Origin: Camelus ferus
Taxonomy: Eukaryota
Length of the DNA: 64,000 bases
Assembly: GCF_009834535.1 (NCBI RefSeq)
Contig: NC_045696.1
Span: forward strand, 75,084,001-75,148,000
Direction of reading: 5' to 3'
A program made the position numbers and the translations under genes. The notes beneath the pieces were generated by a model. It was not told where the DNA came from, searched no databases, and was given only the letters and a program-made list of their open reading frames with translations. Positions 11,762-24,875 of the stretch are shown here, piece after piece (position 1 is the stretch's first letter; each line of letters opens with the position of its first letter).

Positions 11762-14700
11762 TTCCTAGTGTTGCTGAAGAGAAGTCTTATTCTGATTCTT
11801 ATTCTTTTGTGGGTAACCTACTTTAATTTTGGGCTTTTTTTTTTTTTCCTGGAGGCTTTAGGCTCTTCTTTTTATCCTTGGTATCTGAAATTTCACAATG
11901 ATGGATATGTCTAAGTATGGGTCTTTTTTCATTTGTCTCTGTCAGCACTCATGAATCCTTTCAGTTTGCTTACTCCTGTTTCTCTTGAGCTCTAGGGAAT
12001 TTTCTTTGATACTATTTCCTTGATAATACTCTTTTCTATATTTTCTTTTTTTTTTTTCCTGGTAATTCTATTAGCATTATCTTGGATTAGCTGGATTGAG
12101 TCTTTATATTGCTTATCTCTTCTCTCTTTTATCATTCCTTTATTTTACATTCTGAGAGGTATTCTTGAATTCTAATGATATGTCAGATTTTTTTTTAATT
12201 TTGACAATCATATCTTTAATTTTTAAGGAACTCTTAAGTTCTTATTATTTCCTTTTCTAGCATCTGTTTTATAGGATATTAGTTAAGAACATGAGGTCAT
12301 GGGCTTTGGGTGTTCAAGATGTAGACTTACTATTTACTGGATGTATGATATTGGAAACATTTCCTAACTTCTCTGTGCTTTATAAAGATGCTCATGATAA
12401 TGATGATGCTAATAATACATGCAAGTTAGTATGTAGTAAGGCATTTAGAACAGTTCCTGGTACTGAGAAAGTCCTTAATTTTGTTTAGTTGTCCTAGGGT
12501 GCACAGGAATGAGATCGTTCTCAGCTAGGCCATTTATTTATTTGTGGATTTGGACAAGGTTAATTTTATTTTATTAACTTTTTAATTTGAATAACTTTTA
12601 ACTTACAAAACACTTACAAAAATTTCTGCATGCACCTCATCAGCTTCCCCAAATATTAAAATTTTACATAATTACAATACAGTTATCAAAATCAGGAAAT
12701 TAATACTGATAACAATAAGAATATCTAATCTATAGGCTCTTTGAATTTTCCTAGTTGCCTATTAATATCCTTTTTCTGGTTCCAGGATCCAATGCAGGAT
12801 GAAATTTTGTGTGTAGTTGTTATGTCTCCTTTAATCTAGATGGGTTAAGTTTTTCTTTGCTTTTTACCATCTTGCAATCTTTGCAGAGTTGTTTTGTAGA
12901 AGGTCTCAATTTGAGCTTGTGTGTTGTTTTCTCATGATTAAATTTAGGTTATGTGGTTTTTTGGGCATGCCATATTGGGAAGGACATGAAGTCAATATTT
13001 TGCATCACTGGTGCTGTTAGCTTTGATCACTGGTTACAGGGGTGCCTGCCAGGCTTCTCCTTTGTAAAGTTACTGTTTTTCCTCTTATGTTTAATAAGTA
13101 CCGTGTGGGGAGATACTTTGGGACTATGTGAATATTTCTCCTATTTTTACTTAGTGATTTTAGCATCTATTGATGGATTTTTTCCTGCAGTGATTATTGT
13201 GGTATTTGCCAAATGGTGATTTTTCTGTTTTAATCATTCTTTTTACATGTATAGTTAGAATTTTGCTTTAAATAAGAACTTTTCTTATTAATTAATTAAT
13301 TTATTTCACTATGGATGATGGATTTTTATTTTATTCCAGGGATATAATCTCTTACTGTCATTTTTTTGATGTTTTAACTGTCCCAGGTTTGACCAGAGTG
13401 AGTCCCTTCAGTCTAGTGATTGTAATCTTTTGACATGTCCCCATAAGTTTTTGCATATTCCTTACTTCTGACAATAAAAAGTATTCCAGGATTTTCTTGT
13501 ACTTTCCCCATACTAAGCATTTCTTCAAGGAACTAGATTTCTTTAATGGAGAATCCCATTTAGAAACCAGAATCTGAGTGTTAGGTGTGCTTGTTGGTAC
13601 TGGAGTGTCATTGCTTCTAGATTCTCTCATGACAGAGCTAGTAATCTATATGTATGTATACATACGTTTCTATTTATCTATGTGTACACATACTGAAAAC
13701 TGAGTTCAGACTGATGCTTCCAGTTTCAGTACACCATGACAGAGTTCATTCCAGCCTTCCATCTTTTCTTAATATTAACTCCTTTCTTTGATAGTGAGAA
13801 ACCTGGGCTTTCATTATCCACAACACATGTGCACACACACACTCACACACACACACTCATACACTCTCACTCACTCACCATACATATAAAGTAGTTCAGT
13901 GATTGATAATCTATGTCCTTTTGAAAAACAAACCTACTGGTGAGAGGATAATGTTTTTACAGTGTTCTTTTGGTCTTTAGCATTACAGTGTGTAGTCAAA
14001 CTACTGTTTTACAAAGTTATTTAGTTTACAAGGGTGCTGCCTGCTAGGGTTGTCCTTTGTATTTTTCTTTTCATGTTTAATAAGTATCATGGGCCAGATA
14101 CTTTGAAACTATGTGAAAAATTTTTTTCTTCCCTCCCCTGTCAGTGTGGTGATGTTATTTATTTTTTCGTACAGGTTGGCTTATTTCTATTTGTACATTT
14201 TTTATTTTTGGTCCTCTTCAATTATTCTTGGCTTTGATTCTTTTTCTAAGTCTGTAAAATGTTAATATAGTTTTAAAAATCAGAATCATACAAAAAGGTA
14301 TACTTAGAACTAAGTGTCACACCATGCCATCCCTTGTAGTCCATTTTCATTCCCTTATTATTTATACATTTTTAAATGATTTTACCAGCCTGTTGGTGTT
14401 ACTATCTGGTTTTTCACTTCTTAATTGTATCTCAGCTATTCCTTATTACAGAATCAATGAGCTTATTCTACTTTCCTCTTTCTTTTTCTTCCCATTTTTT
14501 CCTAAATTGTTTCCATTCTGTCATAATGTGTAATATTTGAACATTAATCTTTCACCCTCACCTTCACCTTTTATTTAGTCTTTGATACAATTATGTATGT
14601 GAAAATACTTACCATCAGCCCTTCTGAAGTTTTCCTAATCATATCTTGTTGAATGAAACTCTAATACTTTTAAATATTAGACTTTTATGTACTAAATTCC

Positions 14701-16170
14701 TAAGGTCTTGTATGTTTAAAAATGTCTTTCTATAGTCTTGACACTTGATATAGGAATAGTTGGCTGGACATAAAATTCTTAGTTCATACTTTAATTTGAA
14801 AAAAAATGCTGCTCCATTATTACCTTGTTTTGCATATTGTGGAAGCCATTCTGATTCTTTACCTTTGTAAATTACTTGATCTTTTTGCCTAGAGAGCTTG
14901 AGGACTTTTTTCTTTTTCTGTGAAGTCTCATACCTTTTAAATTTTCCCAGGTACCTGGTATGCCTTTCAATATGTAGATTCAAGTCTTCATTTACTTTTG
15001 AACACTTTTAGACAATTTTGGACAATTATAATTTCAAATATTAGTTCTGTTTGATTGTTTTTCTTTTCTTCTTTAGGGATTCCAGTTTTACATGCGTTAT
15101 TTCTTCTTTACTTGTCTTCCACTTCCATTGCTTCTTTTCTGACCCTTTAAATTTTTTTATATCTTTTTTTTTTATTGGTTTTCTTTCTTTAATGCCTCTT
15201 GTTACATTTTCATTTGAGTCTATTCTTCTTTGACACTTGTATTTATTCCTCATTTTTGACATAACTCTCTTTATCTTTCCTGAGTTTAATTTCCCTTATT
15301 CTTATTTCTCACTGTGTTTTGCCCATTTTTCTTTGTACATTTTTAATTCCTGATTCAAGATGATTTTTTAATATCCCCCAATTTTCGTTTGAATACTACA
15401 TTTAATTCTATTTGCTGTCTTCTTCTGTTTCATTTTCTGGCAGAGTCTGGTTCATTTGCTGAGGTGTGTTGATCTTTTGGTAGTAACTTTGTATAAAGTT
15501 GGTTTGTTTTTGTCTGTTTATTATGTGGATTTGTGGTGGTTTATGAGATTCCTAATTCAATGGCGACATCTTCTGTCACTGCAGCAAAGTCCAGTTCTTT
15601 AATAATTTGGGGAATTTTTTTTTAATAGTGGCCAGGAGAGGGTTTGTATGTCTTCTGATTTTCTCCTTGTTCTTTTTTGCCTTGTAGGATGCTAGCTTTT
15701 CCTGTTTTGCCTCTTTTCCTCTTCACCTCCCAGTTGCCAAAGGGTGCCTCTCCCTTCCTTTTTGCCTTTTTCTCCTCTAGAAGCCACTTTGAAGATAGCC
15801 ACTTCAGATCATGTGTGCATTTAAGTCCCTCTCCAGCAGTTAGTGGCTAGATCATGCTTTAGTACTTACAAACTTAGGGGACTGACTTTTTCTAGTGGTG
15901 GTTATAAAGCAATTTTAGGGCAGCTGCCAGATTCCTCTTCTTTCTATCCTGCACTTTTTGTCAGAGTGCTCTTGTTTACTTTGAAGGCTTGTGGCAGGAG
16001 TATGAGTGATTGCTCACTGGGGTTTGATGTGTTTTCTTTTTTACTTACAGTTATTTTGAGGTCTGGGCATTCTGTGGCTTCCAGTTGTATGAAGGATATG
16101 GTTTTTGTGCAGTTTTATTTGTTTTTCTTATTGTTCTCTATTGTTTGTAGGATATATGGGGAAATGCAAA
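11600..16170 (-). mobile_element. Cluster of old antisense L1/HAL1 fragments (ORF1-like pieces plus a nested L1M 3' end) with a MIR at ~12290-12480
   Basis: T-rich + strand. The minus ORF 14639-14983 resembles the L1 ORF1 C-terminus (QVIYKGK...ELRILCPA), and 12580-14030 resembles an L1MC-type 3' UTR. Subfamilies are not resolved. Confidence 0.7.
11730..11760. repeat. (TG)n microsatellite
   Basis: About 15 TG units, seen directly. Confidence 0.97.
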
Positions 16171-17479
16171 TCTAGGCAGCTGCTGCCTAGCTATGGGAAA
16201 GCTCTTGCATAAATTTCTAATTCTCTAAACTTAGTTTCCTTGTTTGCAAAATGGGGATAATTATTATCCCTACTTGTAGAGATTTCATGAAGGTTAAATG
16301 AGAAAATATTTATGAAGTGTTTGGAACACTGTCACGTAAGTGGTTAAAAATTGTTAGCTGCCATTATGATCATTATGTATGGAGGCAGTAGCTGCTTGAA
16401 TACTGCTATGGATCCTGCTTTAGAAATAAAATACCTGAGCCTGTCTAAAGTTGGTCCCTGTCATAGTCCTGTGGATGTCGTCTTCTTCTTCCTTTTTTAT
16501 GGGGTATGCTTCTGTAACTATGCTTCAGCTCCTGCATCATCTGTGCTTCTGTTTTTACTGATTTCTTCCTGTAGTCATGCAGACAAGCCTAAGCCATCTT
16601 TAAAAAAAATCTTCTATTGACTCACTCCCCCCTCCAACTCTATGGTCTATTTCTCTGCTCCCTGTCATGGTGGAACTCTTCTACATAGCCTCCTATACTG
16701 GTTGTCTCCATTTTCACATCTCCCACTCTCTCCCTAAGCTACTCCCTGTGACTTTTTATCCCCTACTGCTCTACTGAAATGGTTCTTACCAAGAGTATTC
16801 TTGACCTGTGTCTTTTCAAGTATTACTTCTCTGTCCTGACCTGGTGAACCACTCCTTTTTTTTTTTTTTTTTTTTTTTGTTATTAGTGTTTTAAAATTAT
16901 TTTGAAATCCTTCAGACATAAAATTATTTAAAATAATATAATGAACATGTGTATTTTCCATCTAGCTTCAAGAATGAAAATTACCAATTCATCTGAAGCT
17001 CTCTGCATCCTTTCCCAATTGCAGCTACTCCTGTGTTCCCAGCTGTCGCCACTGTACTGACCTGGGATTTATTGCCTGCCGTTTTTTTGTACTTTCACTA
17101 CATATGTCTTCCTATATAACTTGTAGTGGTTTTCATATTTAACCCCCAAATTAAAAAGGTTGCTCTTACATATTTTCTTTCCCAACATGTTCTTTTTATT
17201 CAACATTTTGTTATGAGAATCATTTATGTTGCTATGCATGGCCCTAGGATGTGTGTTTTGACAACAGTATAGTGTTCCATGCCTACTGCAAGTCCATAGT
17301 TTGTAGTTCCAAACTATAGACTACAGTTTATCCATTATCTTGTAGTTGGACACTTAAGTTGTTTCCACTTTTCAGTGGTTACAAACAGTTCTTCTAGGTA
17401 TCTCCTTATATGTGTGTTTCCATTTGGTGATACCTAGAAGTAAAAGTTAGAATGTGATGGGTTATAATGTATCTAGCTA

Positions 17480-18085
17480 GACTCTTCTTGTGAAACACCT
17501 TATTCTAGACTTCCATAATGCCACACTTGTCTGATTTTTCATCTTACTTCTTAGGCCAGGCATTCTCAGTCTCATTTTTCTGGGTCCTCATGCTCTACTA
17601 TGCTATATTATAGTGTCCTCAGGCTTCGTCTTTGGCTCTCCTCTCTATCTTCCCAGCTTCCGTCTATTCTAATTTATTCGTCAGGCTGACCCCAGGATAG
17701 TCTTTATCAAATGCAATCCAATCACGTAGCTGCTTTGCTTAACGTCCTTCAGAGTTCCCCTGCTGCCTCTAAAAGTCCAAGTTCTATATTATGGACAAGA
17801 TCATTAATGATTAGCTCCCTTTGTATATACCAGCTCCTACCTCTTTTTCAAAGGATCATTTAGACCGTTTCTCCAGCAGGGTGGGCCTTTGCTCACACTG
17901 TTTCTTCTGTTCACAATTTTCTTTCACCTCGCTCCTTATCTGCCTCGTAAACTTTTGTTTATTCTAAAAGATGACTCAGATGTCCCCTTTTCAGGAAAAC
18001 TTTTCCTGACACACTCAGGCAGAAGTAAGAAATTCCTTCTTTGTGAACTCCTAGCATTTTCTTCCTTATCTCCGTGATAATACTT
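17480..18085 (+). mobile_element. L2 fragment, apparently resuming at ~19850-19975
   Basis: L2-like 3' region. A plausible continuation with an L2-type terminus (tgtctcctcctctagac...ttagcatatggtag...aatgtttg) follows the nested antisense L2. Confidence 0.55.
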
Positions 18086-18087
18086 GA

Positions 18088-19830
18088 TTCATTTGTCCAA
18101 CAAATATTTATTGATTGCCTGCTATATGCTAGAAACTGTTCTAGAAATCGGGGCTAAAACAGTAAACAAGACAGACAAGGTCTTTATTTTCAAGACAAGG
18201 TCTTTATTTTCAAGAAGTCTACATTCCAGAGGTTAGGAAAGAGAAAAAATAGGTAAATGAACATTATTTTAGGTAGTAATAAGTGGTACTAATAAAATAA
18301 AACCAGACAATGGTGGTGATATGATGGAGATTGTGTGTTGAGGGAGTGGGGCTGGGGAGATGGGCGTGGCACTTCAGACTGAGTGAGATGCTGTTTGGTG
18401 TTGTTTGAGTTGAGACCTGAAGGATAAGAAGGAGCCAGCCACGTAGAGATCAGAAAGCAGAACATTCCAGGCAGAAGGAACAGCAAGTACAGGGGCACTA
18501 GAGCTAGATGTGCTTGGCATGCATAGGGAACAGAATGAATGGCAGGGAGGCAGGGACATAATGATGAGGGAGGAGGGGTGCTGTGTGAAGTAAAAGCTGA
18601 GAGGTAGATAGGACCAGGTCAGACATAGGTATATTAAAGGTAAATATCTTATAGGTAAGATTTGTTGATTTTATTTCAAGTGTAGTTGGAGGCCAATGGA
18701 AGATTTTAAGTGAGAGAGTGACATGAGTCTGATTTATGTCAGAATTATCTCTTTGGCTGATTTGAGGAGAATTGTAGGGGGATGAGAGTGAGAGCAGAGC
18801 CCGGCTAGGAGTTGTTGCCTACGACAAATGAAAAACTTGGTAGCTTGGATTACTGTGGCATTTATTTGAGTGTCCATGGAAAGAAATGGAATGATTCAGG
18901 ATATATTTAGGAGGTAGGCTGACAAGACTTGCTGATGGACTGAATGTGCTGGCTTTAAGGAGGGATGGAATCAAGAAAAGAACCCCTCTGCTTTTCTTGA
19001 GTAACTGGGTAGAGGGTAGAATCATTTACTGACATGTGGATGAATAATGGTAGCAGTGATGAGAAAGTTCGGGGGGAGGAGACCAAAATTTATGTTTTAG
19101 ACGTTTTAAGTTGGATATGCCTCTTAAGACTGCAATGTGTGAATAGCAAGGAGGCAGTTGACCTTTAGTTGGCTCTGAAGGTCAGGGATTGTCTTAGTCT
19201 GGTGGGGCTGCTGTAAAATTACATAGCCTAGGAGACTTAAATAACAAACATTTATTTCTCATGGTTTTAGAGGGTGGAAGAGATCAAGAAGCTAGCATGG
19301 TTGGGTTCTGGTGCAGTCCTCTTCCAGATTGCAGATGGCTGATTTCTCCCTGTATCCTTATGTGACTGAAAGAGGGTGAGGGAGCTCTCTGGCCTCTTCT
19401 TACAAGGGCACTAATTAGGCTCTACCCTCATGACTTCATTATCGACCAAAGTCCCAACTCCAAATACCATCCCACTGGGATTAGATTTCAAAATAGGAAT
19501 TTTGGGGGGGACACAGTCAGCAGAGACAGAGATGGAGATAGATAATTTTGGCAGTCACCAACTTATTGACTGTATTTTTAAGCTATGAGACTGGGCAATA
19601 TAACCTGGAGTTTACATGTAGATGGAGTGAAAAGAGGACCAAGGGTAGTGCATTGGATGCTGCAGCATTTAGAGAATGAGAGGTAGGGAGGTAAAAGGGA
19701 GTCCTAGAAGACAATAGAGTAGAAGGGGGATATCAGTTGTATCAAGCTGCTAGAGTTGGAGTACAGTGAAGGCACAGGCATGACCACTGGATTTGGCTCC
19801 CTGGAGGTTACTGTGACCATGGTAAGAGCA
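18088..19830 (-). mobile_element. L2 element, antisense
   Basis: Begins with the reverse complement of the L2 3' end (ttcatttgtccaacaaatatttattgattgcctgctat), followed by a typical purine-rich L2 body. Confidence 0.85.
19190..19520. mobile_element. MaLR (MLT1/MST-type) solo LTR nested in L2
   Basis: tgtcttagtc...gggctgctgtaa...acatttatttctcatggtt...ctcttcttacaagggcactaat...gaattttggggggacaca are hallmark MaLR LTR motifs. Confidence 0.85.
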
Positions 19831-20732
19831 CCTCTAGGGCATTCCAGTAGCCAAAACATGGAACTTAGCTCATTACTGTAACTGCTTACATATCTGTCTC
19901 CTCCTCTAGACCATATGCTAGCCTGGTCTATTTCTAGGGCTTAGCATATGGTAGATGGGGAATTAATGTTTGCCTATAGGTTTGAATTTATAGTGCAGTT
20001 TAAAGAATAATATGCTGTTTTACCCTCATTTAGAATGCTTCTAGACCACTGACCCTGCCCACCAGTTTGTATCAGCTTATGAATACAGATTATAAATAAT
20101 AAATTAAAACACGAGGAGAGAGGCAAATCCATTTTAGTGGAGGCTCATGGTGCATCCTGAAGCCATCTTGCTGTAGTGAAAAAAGGCCTTGCTTTGGATT
20201 CAGAAGACCTGCCTCACACTCTAGTCCCTCTGCTAGGCCTGCTGAAGGTGTTGGGGCAGGTTCCCCACACTCTCTGGATTGCAGTTCCTCAGCTGTCATA
20301 AGTAGATAACAGTACAGGTAAGAAATTCCTCTTACAGAATCTTTGTGAGCAGCAAATAAGCTAATGCACATGAGAGTTCTTTGTAAGTAGAAAAGATACT
20401 CTGTAAGTGCTATTTTTGTAAAAGTAATTGGATTATCCATTTCATTACTGATTTATAAAGATTAGATCAGAGTGTCATAAAACTCATATTTAGGCAGTGG
20501 CATGTGAATAGAAACAAGTTGGGGTAGGACATAGATCACTAGAAAATGTGGTACTTTTCCAGAAATATATAGGAAATTAATTTCTCTTGGCTTTGTTCCC
20601 TTATCTTCTCCAGATAAATTTAATCATTCTGTTAGCATCGAAGAGCAGACTCTTCTACTTCAAGATCTAATAATCATATCTAGCTAGTGGACTGTTTACC
20701 CCAGTGTTGCATATCTCTGAAAGAATAAAATG

Positions 20733-21935
20733 ATAAATCTCAGCAATGTTCTCTTGGGCAAGCTACCCAAGCAATAGAAATAAAAGCAAAAATAAACAAA
20801 TGGGACCTAATTAAACATAAGCTTTTGCACAGCAAAGGAAACCATAAGCAAAACAAAAAGACAACCTATGGAATGGGAGAAAATACTTGCAAAAGATGAG
20901 ACTGACAAGGGCTTAACCTCCAGAATATATAAACAGCTCATACAACTTAATAAGAAAAAACAAACAAACAACACAATCCAAAAATGGGCAGAAGACCTAA
21001 ACAAGCAATTCTCCAGTGAAGACATGTGAATGGCCAATAGGCACATGAAAAAATGTTCAATATCACTAATTATCAGAGAAATGTAAATCAAAACTACAAT
21101 GAGGTATCACCTCACGCCAGTCAGAATGGCCATCATTCAAAAGTCCAAATGATAAAGGCTGGAGAGTCTGTGGAGAAAAGAGAACCCTCCTACACTGCTG
21201 GTGGGAATGTAGTTTGGTGCAGCCATTATGGAAGACAGTATGGAGATTCCTCAAAAACCTAAAAATAGACTTTCCATATGATCTAGCAATCCCACTCCTG
21301 GGCATATATCCAGAGGGAAGCTTAATTCAAAAAGACACCTGCACCCCAATGTTCATAGCTGTACTGTTTATGATAGCCAAGACATGGAAATAACCTAAAT
21401 GTCCATTGACAGATGACTGGATAAAGAAGTTGTGGTATATTTACACAATGGAATACTACTCAGCCATAAAAAAGAATAAAATAATGCCATTTGCAGCAAT
21501 ATAGATGGACCTGGAGATAGTCATTCTAAGTGAAGTAAGCCAGAAAGAGAAAGAAAAAGTACCATATGATATCACTTATATGTGGAATCTAAAAAAAAAA
21601 GAAAAAGACAAATGAACTTATTTACAAAACAGAAACAGACTCACAGTCTTAGAAAACAAACTTATGGTTACCAGGAAGGAAGAGGGTGGGAAGGGATAAG
21701 TTGGCAGTTCGAGATTTGCAGATACTCACTAATGTATATATATAAAACAGATAAACAAGAAGTTTATACTGTATAGCACAGGGAACCATATTCATATCTT
21801 GTAGTGACTTACGGTGAAAAATAATATGAAAATGAATATATGTATGTTCCTAAATGACTGAAGTATTGTGCTGTACACCAGAAATTGACACATTGTAAAC
21901 TGACTATACTTCAAAAAAAGTATATTTTTTTAAAA
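20733..21935 (+). mobile_element. Relatively young 5'-truncated L1 (ORF2 C-terminus plus 3' UTR) with a 13-bp TSD
   Basis: Encodes an ORF2 C-terminal peptide ([31 protein letters not shown]) and ends in an A-rich tail. Perfect TSD AAAGAATAAAATG at 20720-20732 and 21936-21948. Confidence 0.95.
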
Positions 21936-22039
21936 AAAGAATAAAATGGTTTTTTCTTCTTTTTTTTTTTTTAGTGAATGCATTAACTCAATTTGACAAC
22001 TTCTCCTCACAGTGATTACTCATTTCATTTTACTTCTAG

Positions 22040-22159
22040 GGTAAAAATCATGGTAAGAAACTTCGAAATTACTATGCAGCGAACAGCTGTCCTCCTCCTG
22101 CTAGAGTGAGTAACGCAGTGGAACCTGTGGCGACTCCAGCTGTTCCAGTCCCTCCGCAG
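22040..22159 (+). CDS. ZMAT3: ZMAT3 exon 3
   Basis: Acceptor ttctag|G, donor CAG|GTGAGA; 120 nt. Encodes GKNHGKKLRNYYAANSCPPPARVSNAVEPVATPAVPVPPQ and completes zinc finger 1. Confidence 0.97.
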
Positions 22160-22820
22160 GTGAGACCCACGTGTTGGTGTGAGGGCTGTCCTATGCACAG
22201 ATGGTTATGTGTGCAATTTGTCATCTTTGTGCCCATGAAGTTACAGTTGGGCAAAGACTCCTGAAAGGTCCTCATTGGTGCTTTTAACTCCATGAACTGT
22301 GGTGCTGGATTTCATGCATGCAAAAGTCTATGATCCCCACAGTTTCTCATTGGCTTTGGTTATGATGCATGAAGTGATGAAACAAAATTATTTCCTGAGT
22401 CTTCTGTGCGTTTCTCAAAATTCTGGGTTCAGTGGCCTTGAATGTCTAGGCGAAGCCCTGAGTGAAAAGAGAGATTTTTAAACATTTGTATCTTTATTGC
22501 AATTAATCCCATTGACTTTATATTTTGCCTTCCAGCAAGATCAGGTTCTTGAGGCTGCCCTTTTCTTACCTCTATGCAGAGAACCTGGATAAACTCTTTT
22601 TGGACTTCGGTATCATGACACACACATGAAAGCCAAGTTCCTTTCGTTCTTTAGGCAAGATATTTCTGTACTTTAGTAGCCTCTGAAATATGGACTCTAT
22701 TATGTCTTTGAAGTATTATTTTTCTATAGAATAAAATAAAGTTCATTAATAATGGTCACTTTAGTTGAGTACTTACTATGTCAGGTACTCTGCTAAGCAC
22801 TTTTCATGCATTACTTCATT

Positions 22821-23237
22821 CAGGGCCAGGACTACAGCGAGGTGAGGGATGCACTTGACTTTGGCACAGAATTTAAGAGGCAGCCAAAACACTCAGTAAT
22901 CAAGATAAATAATTTAATGTGATATTTTAAAAATTCAAAAGTAATGTGATAAAGTCAATGGTGAACAAAATGTTAAAAACTTAAAGACAGAATAAGTATT
23001 ACTGATTTTCCTTTTGCCTCAGGCTGCAGTCTGGCTTGGCATGGCTCTGTTGTGGATCCTGTCTTTATTTAAAATTTTGGTATTTTGTTCCTCATTGATT
23101 TTTTTTTGCATTATGTTTGACTTGTAAAAATGTTTCTTAAAATACTTTAAACTTTGATTGCTGAGTTTTTTGATGCTCCCTTAAATTTTGTGCTCATGGC
23201 AAGTACCTCCCTTACGTCATTCTTGGCCTGGGTCCTA
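22821..23237. mobile_element. hAT-family non-autonomous DNA transposon (MER96B-like), inserted in a MIR
   Basis: 417 bp with imperfect inverted termini (cagggccaggac...ggcctgggtccta). The 8-bp TSD ACTTCATT (22813-22820, 23238-23245) is the length diagnostic of hAT. Confidence 0.85.
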
Positions 23238-24486
23238 ACTTCATTTCATGCTTGCCACAACCTGGCCTTATTTCTCAAAGTGTGATCCGTGGACCAGCAC
23301 ATTGGTCTCACCTGGGAGTTTATTAGAAGCCCAGGTAAGCTAAGGAACTTCTCCACAGCATTACAAATTTTGTAATGTGGTGGAGCAAGGATTTCTCTTG
23401 ACCTTAGACCTCTACTCCTAAACATCAGGGTATAATTACTTCTCGGAGTGCCAGTTTTCCAGTACTTACAGTATGGATAGCAACACCAGCTCTTCCTCCA
23501 TCCTCATTAATTTGTGGAGTAAATGAGATATGTTACAAACAGAATCAGAGGACAGGAAAATAGCCAGAGAGATCTTCAGCCTGAGTGGTTGTCACAGTGC
23601 TGATTCCTGAAGGCTGCTCTAGAATTGAATGGCTGCTTCCTACTAGGGACTGTTTTCAGCTGGCTACATCCTCCTGGGCAAATAGCCTTAGCCTTCTTTC
23701 CTAACATAGCCCTTTGTGACTTTTGAAGACAGTTATTCTGTCCCCAGAAAATCTTCCCTTGCATGTGAAACAGTGCTGTTTTCTTCAGCTGGTCCTGATA
23801 TGATATGCTTTCTAGATTCTTTGTTTAATATTTTATTCTTCTTTAGCCAAAATCTAATTTGTCACGTTTGTTAACCCAGCAATATTTATCGAGTGCATAT
23901 TATTTTCCAAGCACTCTGTTAGGTTTCACTTAACTTGTTTCCCAACCTGAATACAATTGTCTGGATCTTCTGGGTATTTCCCTCTAATTATATCATGTCT
24001 GTAACTAATTTGTTGACTCTCTGAGGACAGGGGCTGAGTTTTAAATACATGCCTATGTATCACTTCTGCATTAGGTAGCAAGCCCCCTGTTAACAGTAGG
24101 TGTTCAGTAAATGCTTGTTGATGGATTCTGAGTGAACTTCGTTCTTTCTGGTAATGTGATTTTAGGCCTTACCTGTACTGCCCTAAATCTTCCATGCTGG
24201 GCTTTTTAACTTCTTTTCTAAAATTTCTTCGATGGAGATGGCAGTGAGGCATTCATCAATTTGGTACACAGGTGATTATAATGCAAAACCATGATTAAGT
24301 GTCTCCCAGCCTTTTTTTCTTTTCTTTTCTTTCTGGAATGAATTATGTCCTGTCCTTGTGAAGCCGAGTGCTTGTGGTCATGCTGTAACCTTAGGTTATT
24401 TTTCAGCTTGTAGAAGGAAGGAACTTTGAGGAGAAGAGAACAAACTCCACATTTTTAAGCCTTGTCTCCTGTGTCTTTGCTGTCAG

Positions 24487-24653
24487 ATGGGCTCCTTTAA
24501 GCCAGGAGGCAGAGTGATCCTGGCCACAGAGAATGATTACTGTAAGCTCTGTGACGCCTCCTTCAGTTCTCCGGCGGTGGCTCAGGCTCACTACCAGGGG
24601 AAGAACCACGCCAAGAGGCTGCGGCTGGCCGAAGCTCAGAGCAACTCGTTCTC
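24487..24653 (+). CDS. ZMAT3: ZMAT3 exon 4, zinc finger 2
   Basis: Acceptor tgtcag|ATG, donor TC|GTAGGT; 167 nt. Encodes MGSFKPGGRVILATENDYCKLCDASFSSPAVAQAHYQGKNHAKRLRLAEAQSNSF. Confidence 0.96.
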
Positions 24654-24774
24654 GTAGGTATTGCCGCTTTCTCTGAGGCCAGAGTGTTCTGGGAGACCGA
24701 CTGTCTTTAGAGAAAAAGGGTAGAAAGGCATCCTGGTTTAGAAGTCTCACTCTTTTAAAATTTCTTTTCTCCAG

Positions 24775-24875
24775 AGAGCCCTCAGACATCGGTCAGCGGC
24801 GGACCCGGAAGGAAGGGAATGAATACAAGATGATGTCTAATAGGAGAAATGTGTATGCAGTACAGAATAATTCAG
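24775..24875 (+). CDS. ZMAT3: ZMAT3 exon 5
   Basis: Acceptor ttttctccag|A after a 121-nt intron, donor CAG|GTACCC; 101 nt. Encodes (S)EPSDIGQRRTRKEGNEYKMMSNRRNVYAVQNNS, including the basic linker between fingers 2 and 3. Confidence 0.95.
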
